From Opitutaceae bacterium (GTDB lineage Bacteria > Verrucomicrobiota > Verrucomicrobiia > Opitutales > Opitutaceae), in assembly GCA_041689555.1 (NCBI GenBank), contig JBDNFZ010000393.1, forward strand, positions 1-27,049: a DNA stretch of 27,049 bases, written 5' to 3'. Position 1 is the first letter of the stretch, and each line of letters starts with the position of its first letter. The position numbers and the translations under genes are program-made. The notes under the pieces were generated by a model that was given only the letters and a program-made list of their open reading frames with translations, ran no database searches and had not been told where the DNA came from. Positions 16,420 to 25,111 of this stretch are shown here, piece after piece.

Positions 16420-19014
16420 TCAGAGGTCCGCCATCACGAGTCCGTCACCCTTCACCGTGAACTTCACCGCGGCACCCTCGGCTACCGTGCCCGCGATGAG
16501 CGCGCGGGCCAACTTCGTCTCAATGTTCCGCTGGAGGAAACGCTTCAACGGTCGCGCGCCGAACACCGGGTCGTAGCCTTTTTCAGCCGCCCAGTCTTTT
16601 GCTTTCTTGTCGAGCACCACCGTCACGCGGCGGTCGGCGAGGCGCTTGTTAAGGTCGGCCAGCAGCAGATCCACGATGATGGTGATTTCCTCGAGCGTCA
16701 GCGGCTTGAAGAGGATCGTCTCGTCGATGCGGTTGAGAAACTCGGGACGGAAACTCTTCCGCAGTTCCATCATCACGCTTTCCCGCACGCTTTCGGGGAT
16801 CGTGTCGCCGGTCACACCGTCGAGGAGAAACCGCGAGCCGAGGTTCGAGGTCATGATGATGATCGTGTTCTTGAAATCCACCGTCCGCCCCTGCGAATCC
16901 GTGATGCGACCGTCGTCGAGGACTTGCAGCAGGACGTTGAACACATCCGGGTGCGCCTTCTCGATTTCGTCGAAGAGCACCACCGCGTAGGGCTTCCGCC
17001 GCACCGCCTCGGTGAGCTGCCCGCCCTCGTCGTAGCCGACGTAGCCGGGAGGCGCGCCGATCATTCGCGCGACGCTGTGCTTCTCCATGTATTCCGACAT
17101 GTCGATCCGCACCATCGCCGCCTCGGTGTCGAAGAGCGTCTCGGCAAGCGTCTTCGCGAGTTCGGTCTTGCCGACGCCCGTCGGGCCGAGGAACAGAAAA
17201 CTCCCCACCGGCCGTCGCGGGTCCTTGATGCCGCTGCGCGCGCGCAAGATCGCCTCGGTCACGAGCGTGACCGCCTCGTGTTGGCCGACCACGCGCTCGT
17301 GGAGCACGTCCTCAAGCCGGAGCAGTTTGTCTTTTTCGCCCTCGACGAGCCGCGTCACCGGCACGCCGCTCCACTTCGAAACGATTTCGGCGATCTCCTC
17401 TTCGGAAACTTCTTCTTTGAACAGGGTCGTCTCCGTGTCGCGGCCCTTTTTTTCGAGCCGCTTCAACTCCTCCTCCATCTGAGGAATCGTCCCGTGGCGC
17501 AGCTCCGCCACCTTGTTGAGGTCATAGGCGCGCTCGGCTTTTTCCATCTCGATACGCAGGGCTTCGATTTCTTCGCGCAGCTTGCGCGTTTTTTGCACGG
17601 CGGCCTTTTCCTTTTCCCAGTGGAGCTTGATGCCTTTGGCTTTCTCCCGGGACTCGGCGAGTTCCTGGCGCAAGGTTTCGAGCCGGCGCTTGCTGGCGTC
17701 GTCCTTCTCCTTGGCGAGTGCGGTCTCCTCGATCTCAAGGCGGAGCACTTTCCGCGTGAGCTCGTCGAGCTCCTGCGGCATCGAATCCATCTCGGTGCGG
17801 ATCATCGCGCAGGCCTCGTCCATGAGGTCGATGGCCTTGTCGGGCAGGAATCGGTCGGTGATGTAGCGGTTGGAAAGCGTGACGGCGGCGACGAGCGCGT
17901 TGTCCTGGATGTGCACGCCATGGTGCAGTTCGAAACGCTCCTTGATGCCGCGCAGAATCGAGAGCGCGTCCTCGACGCTCGGCTGGTCGACGACGACGGG
18001 CTGGAAGCGGCGCTCGAGCGCGGCGTCCTTCTCGATGTGCCGGCGATACTCGTCGAGTGTGGTCGCGCCGATGCAGTGCAACTCGCCGCGCGCGAGCATG
18101 GGCTTGAGAAGATTGCCCGCGTCCATCGCGCCCTCGGTCTTGCCGGCGCCGACGATGGTGTGGAGTTCGTCGATGAACAGAATGATGCGGCCCTCGGCCG
18201 ACTTCACCTCGTTGAGCACGGCCTTGAGGCGTTCCTCAAACTCGCCGCGATACTTGGCGCCGGCGACGAGCGCGCCCATGTCGAGGGAGAAGATGGTCTT
18301 GTCTTTGAGTCCCTCGGGCACGTCGCCACGGAGGATGCGCTGGGCGAGGCCCTCGACGATGGCGGTCTTGCCGACGCCGGGTTCGCCGATGAGGACGGGG
18401 TTGTTCTTGGTCTTGCGCGAAAGGATGCGGATGGTGCGGCGGGTCTCGTCGTCGCGGCCGATCACGGGGTCCATTTTCCCCTTGCGCGCCTGCGCCACGA
18501 GATCGACGCCGTATTTTTCCAGCGCGGCGTAGGTGGCTTCGGGATTGTCGGTGGTGACGCGCTGGTTGCCGCGGATTTCCTTGAGCGTTTTGAGGACCTT
18601 GGCGCGCTCGAGACCGAAGCTCTGGAAGATTTTCTTCAACGCCTCGGGCTTGGCCGCGTCGAGCAGGCCGAGCAGCAGGTGCTCGACCGAGACAAACTCG
18701 TCTTTGAGCGACTTCGCCTCGGACTCGGCGCGCGTGAGCACGTCGTTCATCGCCTGCGTGACGTAGACTTTGGACGCATCCACGCTGCCCGTGACGCTCG
18801 GCAGGCGCTCCAACTCGCGGTCCACGGCCATCGCCAACGCGCTCGCGGTCAGGCCGAGCTTGTCGACGATGCCGGAGACGAGGCCGTTTTCCTGAGTGAG
18901 CAACGCGGAGAGCAGGTGCCACGTGTCCACCTCGTGGTGGTTGAGGCGACGGGCGATGGCCTGCGCGTCGGTGACGGCCTGACGCGACATCTGGGTGAAT
19001 TTATTGAGGTCCAT
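16420..19014 (-). CDS. clpB: ATP-dependent disaggregase ClpB
   Basis: Clp N domain, Walker A 'GEPGVGKT' and 'GPTGVGKT', '[12 protein letters not shown]', long coiled-coil M domain, 'GAPPGYVGY'. 864 aa, GGAG RBS upstream. Confidence 0.97.
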   Translation of the reverse strand: MDLNKFTQMSRQAVTDAQAIARRLNHHEVDTWHLLSALLTQENGLVSGIVDKLGLTASALAMAVDRELERLPSVTGSVDASKVYVTQAMNDVLTRAESEAKSLKDEFVSVEHLLLGLLDAAKPEALKKIFQSFGLERAKVLKTLKEIRGNQRVTTDNPEATYAALEKYGVDLVAQARKGKMDPVIGRDDETRRTIRILSRKTKNNPVLIGEPGVGKTAIVEGLAQRILRGDVPEGLKDKTIFSLDMGALVAGAKYRGEFEERLKAVLNEVKSAEGRIILFIDELHTIVGAGKTEGAMDAGNLLKPMLARGELHCIGATTLDEYRRHIEKDAALERRFQPVVVDQPSVEDALSILRGIKERFELHHGVHIQDNALVAAVTLSNRYITDRFLPDKAIDLMDEACAMIRTEMDSMPQELDELTRKVLRLEIEETALAKEKDDASKRRLETLRQELAESREKAKGIKLHWEKEKAAVQKTRKLREEIEALRIEMEKAERAYDLNKVAELRHGTIPQMEEELKRLEKKGRDTETTLFKEEVSEEEIAEIVSKWSGVPVTRLVEGEKDKLLRLEDVLHERVVGQHEAVTLVTEAILRARSGIKDPRRPVGSFLFLGPTGVGKTELAKTLAETLFDTEAAMVRIDMSEYMEKHSVARMIGAPPGYVGYDEGGQLTEAVRRKPYAVVLFDEIEKAHPDVFNVLLQVLDDGRITDSQGRTVDFKNTIIIMTSNLGSRFLLDGVTGDTIPESVRESVMMELRKSFRPEFLNRIDETILFKPLTLEEITIIVDLLLADLNKRLADRRVTVVLDKKAKDWAAEKGYDPVFGARPLKRFLQRNIETKLARALIAGTVAEGAAVKFTVKGDGLVMADL

Positions 19015-19159
19015 AGTGGTTAATCTCCGACCTGCAGACTTCGCGCCAGTGCCGTCGCCGGGGGAGAGATGCGCCGAGGGTCGTAAATTGGGTCAGCTTG
19101 CGGCCATGGCCGCCGCACAGAGCGCCACTTCGGCCCACCGGAGACGGGGCGGCGGCGCA

Positions 19160-21604
19160 TCACTTCGGCACGACCTCGAACACCTCGACGATCGCCACGC
19201 CGGGCTTCGCCGGCTGGTCCGGCAACAGCTCGAACGGTTGCACCACGACCGTATAGCTGCCCGGCGCGAGGTCAGCCATCACGCAGGGCTCGCGCCGGTT
19301 GCCGGGCGCAAAGCCGGTCGCGAAAATCTGCTGCTCGTTGTAGTAGGTCACGTTGGGCTTGAAATCGTCGCGCGCGCCGGCCGTCACCCCGGCCCCCGTG
19401 CTCCAATCGTCGTTTTTAAAAACGAGCGCGCCGGCGGAATTGTAGATCTCCATGTAGGGATCGTCCATCGCCGAGAGGCCGAATCGGGCCAGCGAGGGTC
19501 CCTGCACGCGGATCAAGATACGCTTCGTCGGGCCCGCGCCCGCTTGCACCACAAAGCCGCCGATCATCTCGCGGCCCTTGTCGGCGTAGCCGCGGGTGGA
19601 GAGATTGAAAATGCGGTTGCCCGCGCGGTCCACCTCGTAGGCCTCGACGAGCGCGGTGCCGGTGCCGCCGTCGGCCCCCTCGACGTTCGCGGTGTAGCTG
19701 CCGGGCGCGAGCGTGACGAGGAGCGCGGCGTCGCGACTGCCGACGGCGAACGGGAAGGCCCCGGTGGACGCGGCGGAGGCGGTGATCTCGGCCGCGCTCG
19801 CGGCACCCGCGGACGGCAACCCCCAGTCGTTGTTGGCCGCGATCAGACGCGGCGGGTTGGTGTCGGTCGTGAACAACGTGAGGCGGGGATCCGCGAGGAC
19901 GTCCGGCACACCGAACGGGGCGAGGGCGAGCGCCGGGCCCGCCGCGCGCAAGAGCATCCGCTTGGGCGCCGTGCCCTGAATGATGAAGCCCCCGATGAGC
20001 TGTTGCTCGCCGACCCCGCTGAAGGCTCGGGTCGCGACGTTGATCAGAGTTCCGGTGGCGTTCGCCGCCTGCGTTTGCAGCCGGAAGTTGGCCACTTCGA
20101 ACGCGCCTTGGTCGACGGTGAGGGCGTTGTGCGCCTCACCCGGCTCGCCGATGGGGACGCCGACCGGCACGCCGATCGGGGCCGGGGCGACGACCGCGGG
20201 ATTGGAGAAATAGCTGACGCGCGAGCCCGGCGCGTAGGCCATGATCGTGCGGTAAGTAAACTGGTTCTGGCCGCGAAACCGGTAGCCGAAACTATAGGGA
20301 TACGCGCCGTAGGAAAGCGCACCGGCGGAGGTCCGCGAGTTTTCGCGATCGTGGGCGCAGCCGAAATTATGGCCGAGTTCATGCGAGACCACATCGGTGC
20401 CGCTCACGTAGGAATACTCGACGACGGAAAGTCCGAAGAGCGGATTGGTGTTCTCCCCGGGGGTTTCGAGGATGTAACCCAACCCGCTGCTCGTCGAATC
20501 CGCGCGCTGAAGGACGAGGCACACGAGATCGGCGCCGACTTGGTCGCGCAAGGCGTGGATCTCGTCCATCTTGCCGTCCCGGGTGAGGCGCAGCGCATTG
20601 AGGGCGTCGGATTGGACCAGCGTGCCGGCACTGGCGGCTTCGTCGTAACCGACCTCGGCCACGCGCACGAGGCGGACGCGCGCCGCGATCCGACTGGCGG
20701 CGAAGTCGCCGTTGGTCTTGGCGACAGCGTTGTCGAAGAGGCTCTGCAACGCCGCCGTGCGGGCCGAGCCCGTGAGCGTGGGGAGAACGCTCTTGGTGTG
20801 GAGAAACATGACGTCGACCGTGACGTTGGCTCCGGCGCTGTCGGCGGCGGGAGTGACGGTGCCGCCGGTCGGCTCGCCCGCAGGGGCAGAGCTCAAGGCG
20901 GCCTCGCGACGCACCAGTTCGGCGCGGGCATCGGCATCGAGGATCGGGCGGGGCGCCCGCTCGGCCGCGCAGGCGGGGATCAGCGCGTCGTCAACTTCGT
21001 AGAACTGGGCCAGCTCGGCCGTCGCGGCCCGCAGCGTGTAGTCGCCCAGTTCCACGTCTTGGATCGTCGCGTGGAGAAACCCGGCGTTGTAGGAAAAATG
21101 CGCCCGGCTCTGCGGCCTGCCCTCGATCGTGCCCGTGCTCGTGAAACGATCCGGCCCGAGCGAGATGGTCTCTGTGATCGCTACGCGGAGGAGCGCGCCG
21201 CCCGGCAACGGCACCTCGACGCGGCCCGTGCCGGCTTTGGCCCAAAAAGGCGATTGCTTGCCGGCGATGAGGGCGGAATTGAGCCGCACATAACGGATTT
21301 TCTCCGTCGGGGCCGGAAGGGCGCGATCCAGCTCGGTCGCGTCGGCCGGCTCCACGTAGGCGAACAAAGTCCGGTCGGCCGAAGTGCCGTTTGCTCCCGC
21401 GCCCGATTCGGTTACCGACTTCGGCGCCGGCAGCGAAGCCATTTCAAGAGCAGAAGCCGGTGCCGCAGGGTTCGCGGGCGCCAGAACGTTGCGATCCTTG
21501 GATTCGGCACCACCGGGCGGTATCTCCCGTAGCCACCACATCACGGCCCCGGCGCCCAGCACCAAGAGGAGCCCCATCCATCGACGGCGGTGACTTCGAT
21601 TCAT
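19160..21604 (-). CDS. Secreted or membrane-anchored reprolysin-like (M12-type) zinc metalloprotease with tandem Opitutaceae C-terminal domains
   Basis: N-terminal hydrophobic anchor, prodomain-like region, metzincin motif HELGHNFGCAH, Met-turn 'RTIMAY', and two C-terminal repeats starting 'LINVATR' and 'IFNLSTR'. Confidence 0.88.
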   Translation of the reverse strand: MNRSHRRRWMGLLLVLGAGAVMWWLREIPPGGAESKDRNVLAPANPAAPASALEMASLPAPKSVTESGAGANGTSADRTLFAYVEPADATELDRALPAPTEKIRYVRLNSALIAGKQSPFWAKAGTGRVEVPLPGGALLRVAITETISLGPDRFTSTGTIEGRPQSRAHFSYNAGFLHATIQDVELGDYTLRAATAELAQFYEVDDALIPACAAERAPRPILDADARAELVRREAALSSAPAGEPTGGTVTPAADSAGANVTVDVMFLHTKSVLPTLTGSARTAALQSLFDNAVAKTNGDFAASRIAARVRLVRVAEVGYDEAASAGTLVQSDALNALRLTRDGKMDEIHALRDQVGADLVCLVLQRADSTSSGLGYILETPGENTNPLFGLSVVEYSYVSGTDVVSHELGHNFGCAHDRENSRTSAGALSYGAYPYSFGYRFRGQNQFTYRTIMAYAPGSRVSYFSNPAVVAPAPIGVPVGVPIGEPGEAHNALTVDQGAFEVANFRLQTQAANATGTLINVATRAFSGVGEQQLIGGFIIQGTAPKRMLLRAAGPALALAPFGVPDVLADPRLTLFTTDTNPPRLIAANNDWGLPSAGAASAAEITASAASTGAFPFAVGSRDAALLVTLAPGSYTANVEGADGGTGTALVEAYEVDRAGNRIFNLSTRGYADKGREMIGGFVVQAGAGPTKRILIRVQGPSLARFGLSAMDDPYMEIYNSAGALVFKNDDWSTGAGVTAGARDDFKPNVTYYNEQQIFATGFAPGNRREPCVMADLAPGSYTVVVQPFELLPDQPAKPGVAIVEVFEVVPK

Positions 21605-21767
21605 CGGGGAAACGATGACCGCCGACCGGTCGAGCGCAACGCGGGTTCGCGACTAAGAAAATGCCCCGAAGAACCGCCGCTTCCGACCAGGTTCGTTACA
21701 AACATGTGAACGAAAAAATCGTGTTCTTTTCTTTGAACACTTCGCCACCGACCCGCGTCTTCCCCCC

Positions 21768-21845
21768 GTAGTTCAAAGGTTTGTTTGGTGTTAGGGTTAG
21801 GTCAGCAGGAGGGCCGGCTAGGGGTAGCCGGCCCTCCATTTTTTT
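21768..21845 (+). ncRNA. Candidate small RNA (GU-rich tract plus intrinsic terminator)
   Basis: A plus-oriented terminator with no plus-strand gene upstream, preceded by a 25-nt C-free G/T tract. Possible -35 TTGAAC (21733-38) with a weak -10. The 5' end is a guess. Confidence 0.35.
21808..21845 (+). terminator. Rho-independent terminator, plus orientation
   Basis: Perfect 13-bp stem GGAGGGCCGGCTA / TAGCCGGCCCTCC, loop GGGG, followed by ATTTTTTT. Confidence 0.85.
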
Positions 21846-21889
21846 GCCCGTTCGCGAGCGAGCGGGCCGATGATCGCCGCACTGCCGGG

Positions 21890-22882
21890 CTATTTTTTAT
21901 CAAGCGCGGCGTCGGGTTTCACTTCGATGATTTCACCGATCTTCACCTCGGCGCGCGTATCGTTGTAAACCTGCATTCCGGAGGTGGTCTCGCCCCAGAA
22001 GGGGCCGGCGGCGCGCAACAAAGCGACGAGCGAGGCGGAAAATTTCTTCCCGGGCTCGGAGGGCGCGGCTACAAAGGTCGTCCAGAGGCGCGTGGCGGCT
22101 TTGCCCTTGGCCTTCAACTCGGCGTAGTCGAAGGCGTCCACCACGATGAGATCAAATTCGCGGGTGCCACCGTATTCGGCAACCGCGCCGACTGCGGTGG
22201 AGTTATACGCGGTTCCGGGGGCGATTACGGCGGAGCCGCCGCCGCCGGGTTCGCCACCTCCCGCTGAAGGAGCGGGCCGGCCGCCACCACCACCACCCCA
22301 TACGCTGCTCGTGTTGGATTCGTTCTGGGCTGCGGCCGCGAGGGCACCGTCGGCACCGCCGGCGCGATTTTCAAACACCGTGTCACCACCCAGATTGTTC
22401 AAGCTCCGCGGATCCCGCGTGCGGGGCTGCATCCCGTCCCGCCAGGCGAGTTGCTCGGTCCGCACGGTCGGCAGCCGCCAAGGCCGCGCGCCGAAGCTGA
22501 CCCGCAGGACCATGGTGACCTTGGCAGGGTCTTTGATCAGACCCTGGGCATCGGCCCCGTTGATATAACCCTTGGTCGCGAGCGCCGGCGTGAGTCGCTC
22601 GCAGACTTCCTCGTAGGTAAGGTCGGCCTCGAAGACTTCCCCGGGCAAAAAGATGAAATGCCTGGGCTTCGCCAGCGTCGCCAGCGGCTTGGCATCGGGG
22701 TTGAGCACGTTCGGCTTGTTGTTGAGCAACACCAGTTGGTCGCGCGGGGTCTCGCGGTAATTGGCCGAAGAGACCGAGACGGGCGCGAAGCCCTTGATGT
22801 CGGCTGAGGACTGGGCGCTCGCGCCGGCAAAGGCGAGGGCGCTCAGGGCGGTGAGCAGGGTGCGTTGGCGCAGGATGGTCAT
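21890..22882 (-). CDS. Secreted hypothetical protein (possibly DUF4136-like alpha/beta fold)
   Basis: Signal peptide MTILRQRTLLTALSALAFAGASA, 'LTPALATKGY...VLRVSFG', 'LIVVDAFDY...LWTTFV', and a Gly/Pro-rich insertion. Confidence 0.75.
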   Translation of the reverse strand: MTILRQRTLLTALSALAFAGASAQSSADIKGFAPVSVSSANYRETPRDQLVLLNNKPNVLNPDAKPLATLAKPRHFIFLPGEVFEADLTYEEVCERLTPALATKGYINGADAQGLIKDPAKVTMVLRVSFGARPWRLPTVRTEQLAWRDGMQPRTRDPRSLNNLGGDTVFENRAGGADGALAAAAQNESNTSSVWGGGGGGRPAPSAGGGEPGGGGSAVIAPGTAYNSTAVGAVAEYGGTREFDLIVVDAFDYAELKAKGKAATRLWTTFVAAPSEPGKKFSASLVALLRAAGPFWGETTSGMQVYNDTRAEVKIGEIIEVKPDAALDKK

Positions 22883-22954
22883 TATGGGAAGTTAAAGGAA
22901 ACCCTGTTTGGGAGGAGCGTAGGCGAATGCGAGCGATAAGCAGGGAAAGCCGTT

Positions 22955-25000
22955 TCATTCGGACTTGGCCGGCATCTCGATGACCTTGGACGGCCCGATT
23001 TTGACATTCTCGGCCACGCCAGGGACGTGCTTTTTGAGGAACTCGTCCACCCGCGTGAAAAACGCGATGCTCAACTCCTCCTTGCGGAAGCCGTGGCCTT
23101 CATCGCGCTCGATGATCATTTCGTGGGCCTTGCCGTATTTCTTGAGGGCCGACTCCATATCGTAGCCTTGGTCGATGAGCACGCGCGGATCATTTTTGCC
23201 ATACGCCATCAGCACCGGAACGGTAATCCGGTCGGCAAAATTGGACGGCGACGTGTCGAAGGCACGTTTGCGGTCGGCGGCTTTGTCCATGTCGCCGAAG
23301 AGGCGGTGCACGGTGCGGAGTTGGTTGCCGGTGCCTTTATACTTGCCCCATTGCGAGGTGAGGTTGGTCACGCCGACGTAGTTGACCCCGGCGACGTAGA
23401 GTTCCGGGGTGAATGCCAGCCCGGCCATCGTGGCATAGCCGCCGTAGCTGGCACCGCTGATGACGACGCGCTTCGGATCGACGATACCTTGGGCGATGGC
23501 CCACTTCACGCCGTCGGTGAGGTCGTCCTGCATCTCCAAGCCCCATTTGTGATAACCGGCGCGCTCAAACTTCGTGCCGTAGCCGCCCGAACCGCGATAG
23601 TCCACTTGGAGCACCGCGAAACCGCGATTGGCGTAAAACTGGATCTCCGCATTGAAACGCCAGTCGTCGCGGATGCCGTAGGGGCCGCCATGGGGGTTGA
23701 CGATGAGCGGAAGATTTTTCGGCTCACGGCCGCGCGGCAGGGTGAGGTAGCCGCGCAGGGTGAGTCCGTCGCGCGCCGGATAGCTGATCGGAGACATCGC
23801 CGCCATCTGGTCGGGGTCGACGCCGGGCGCGATCACGGCCAGCTCCTCGAGCTTCTTCTTCGCGCGGTCAAAGAGGTAATAAACTCCGGGATCGCGATCG
23901 CTCTGCGCCAAGACGAGCTGCTTGGAGTCGTCGGGCGAAGCGTCGAGGATGAAGTTCACCGTGTCCGGAAGCGAAGAATCGATCTGCTTCTGGAGGCGGG
24001 CAAAATCCTCGTCGAACCAGATGACTTTCGGTTTGGCCGCACGGTAGGCGAGGCCCACGACGCGCTGCTTGGTGTCGTCGTAGATCAGGCCCCGCAGGGG
24101 GAAGGGATTGTAGTCGGGGTTGCCGTCCACGACATCGTAAACGTCGTCCTCGGCCACGAGTTCGCCGAGCTGGCGCGTCCGGGTGTCGTAACGATAAACC
24201 GCCGCGCGATCTCGGCCGATGCGGCTGACGACGAAGAGCGTGCGGTTGTCGCCGTCGAAAGCCATGGGCATCCAAGTGCCGGTCGCGTTGCCGTCGCTGT
24301 CGCTGTCGGCCTCGGAGCCCATGCCGTTGTCGAGCGTTTCCCAAGTGGAGCTGCCCTCGGGGCGAAAGAGAATCTTGGTGCGACCGTTTTCCGAGGAGAT
24401 GCCGATGCGCACGGTGTCGCTGCGGTCGAGGATCCAACGGCTGACAAACCCGGGGTTGGGCACAAAGACCGTGATGCGCCCGGTCTTGAGGTTCATCTTG
24501 CCGACATCGGGACCTTGGGCGCCGGTGAGGCTCGCCAGCACCAGAATATTGCGCGGCTCGTTTTCCAACCGACGCAGGAGCCCGCGAAATTTCACGTTCA
24601 CGGCGCTGCTTTGCGCGGTGCTGTCGTAGCCGAAAAGTTTCGTCGGTTCCGTGCCGTCGCGGTTCACCGCAAAGACGGAGGGCACTTCCTGGCCGTCGAT
24701 ATCCTGGGTGAAGACCAGCCGGTCGTTACTGACCCACTGGAGCGAGCCGACGTCGTTGTCGGTGAAGTTGGTGAGGAGATTCTTGGTCTTCTTCTCGAGG
24801 TCGATGACCGCGAGATTCATCCGCCGCTCGTAGGGGATAAGGCAGGCGATGCGCTTGCCGTCGGGCGAGAAGCGCAGGGAAGCGAGCGAGGGTTTCTTGA
24901 AGAACGTGGCGACCGGCAGCTCCGGCGCCGGTGCGGCGGGGAGGCGGAGCGCGGCGACGGCCAACAGGCCGACTAGGGCGAAGCGGAGGGGAAGATTCAT
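22955..25000 (-). CDS. Secreted S9-family (prolyl oligopeptidase/acylaminoacyl/dipeptidyl-like) serine peptidase
   Basis: Signal peptide from ATG 25000, beta-propeller region, 'VNPHGGP', 'DYRGSGGYG', nucleophile 'GASYGGY', 'GKNDPRV', 'EGHGF'. Confidence 0.93.
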   Translation of the reverse strand: MNLPLRFALVGLLAVAALRLPAAPAPELPVATFFKKPSLASLRFSPDGKRIACLIPYERRMNLAVIDLEKKTKNLLTNFTDNDVGSLQWVSNDRLVFTQDIDGQEVPSVFAVNRDGTEPTKLFGYDSTAQSSAVNVKFRGLLRRLENEPRNILVLASLTGAQGPDVGKMNLKTGRITVFVPNPGFVSRWILDRSDTVRIGISSENGRTKILFRPEGSSTWETLDNGMGSEADSDSDGNATGTWMPMAFDGDNRTLFVVSRIGRDRAAVYRYDTRTRQLGELVAEDDVYDVVDGNPDYNPFPLRGLIYDDTKQRVVGLAYRAAKPKVIWFDEDFARLQKQIDSSLPDTVNFILDASPDDSKQLVLAQSDRDPGVYYLFDRAKKKLEELAVIAPGVDPDQMAAMSPISYPARDGLTLRGYLTLPRGREPKNLPLIVNPHGGPYGIRDDWRFNAEIQFYANRGFAVLQVDYRGSGGYGTKFERAGYHKWGLEMQDDLTDGVKWAIAQGIVDPKRVVISGASYGGYATMAGLAFTPELYVAGVNYVGVTNLTSQWGKYKGTGNQLRTVHRLFGDMDKAADRKRAFDTSPSNFADRITVPVLMAYGKNDPRVLIDQGYDMESALKKYGKAHEMIIERDEGHGFRKEELSIAFFTRVDEFLKKHVPGVAENVKIGPSKVIEMPAKSE

Positions 25001-25041
25001 GGGTAGTAGGCGATCAACAGACGCTGGGTTGGACCAAATGC

Positions 25042-25075
25042 AAAAAAAGCGCGCTCTCCGTCGGGAGAGCGCGCT
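25042..25075 (-). terminator. Rho-independent terminator after the TonB-dependent receptor gene
   Basis: 12-bp stem AGCGCGCTCTCC / GGAGAGCGCGCT, 4-nt loop, with an A7 run at 25042-25048 giving the minus-strand U-tract. Confidence 0.85.
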
Positions 25076-25111
25076 CGAAATCAAAGGGCCGGGCCACTCA
25101 TGGGCTCGGGC

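Noticed and set aside
19015-19159. CIRCE/HrcA operator upstream of clpB
   Set aside because: Only a partial TGGCGCTC half-site on the minus strand, with no matching inverted half at N9.
21721-21740. Verrucomicrobia LexA box
   Set aside because: The half-sites match TGTTC/GAACA but the spacing is 8, not 4. Kept only as an unassigned palindrome.
21697-21777. Minus-strand 26-codon TTG-start mini-ORF (MNYGGKTRVGGEVFKEKNTIFSFTCL) behind a CA-rich stretch
   Set aside because: Rare start codon and no recognisable features. It cannot be distinguished from chance without conservation data.
16924-24976. Long alternative-frame or antisense ORFs (e.g. 16924..19023+, 18995..21532+, 23027..24976+, and also 9792..11357-, 710..2305+, 6132..7283-)
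   Set aside because: Shadow ORFs typical of high-GC DNA. They overlap clearly recognisable genes and have Arg/Gly/Pro-rich, motif-free translations.
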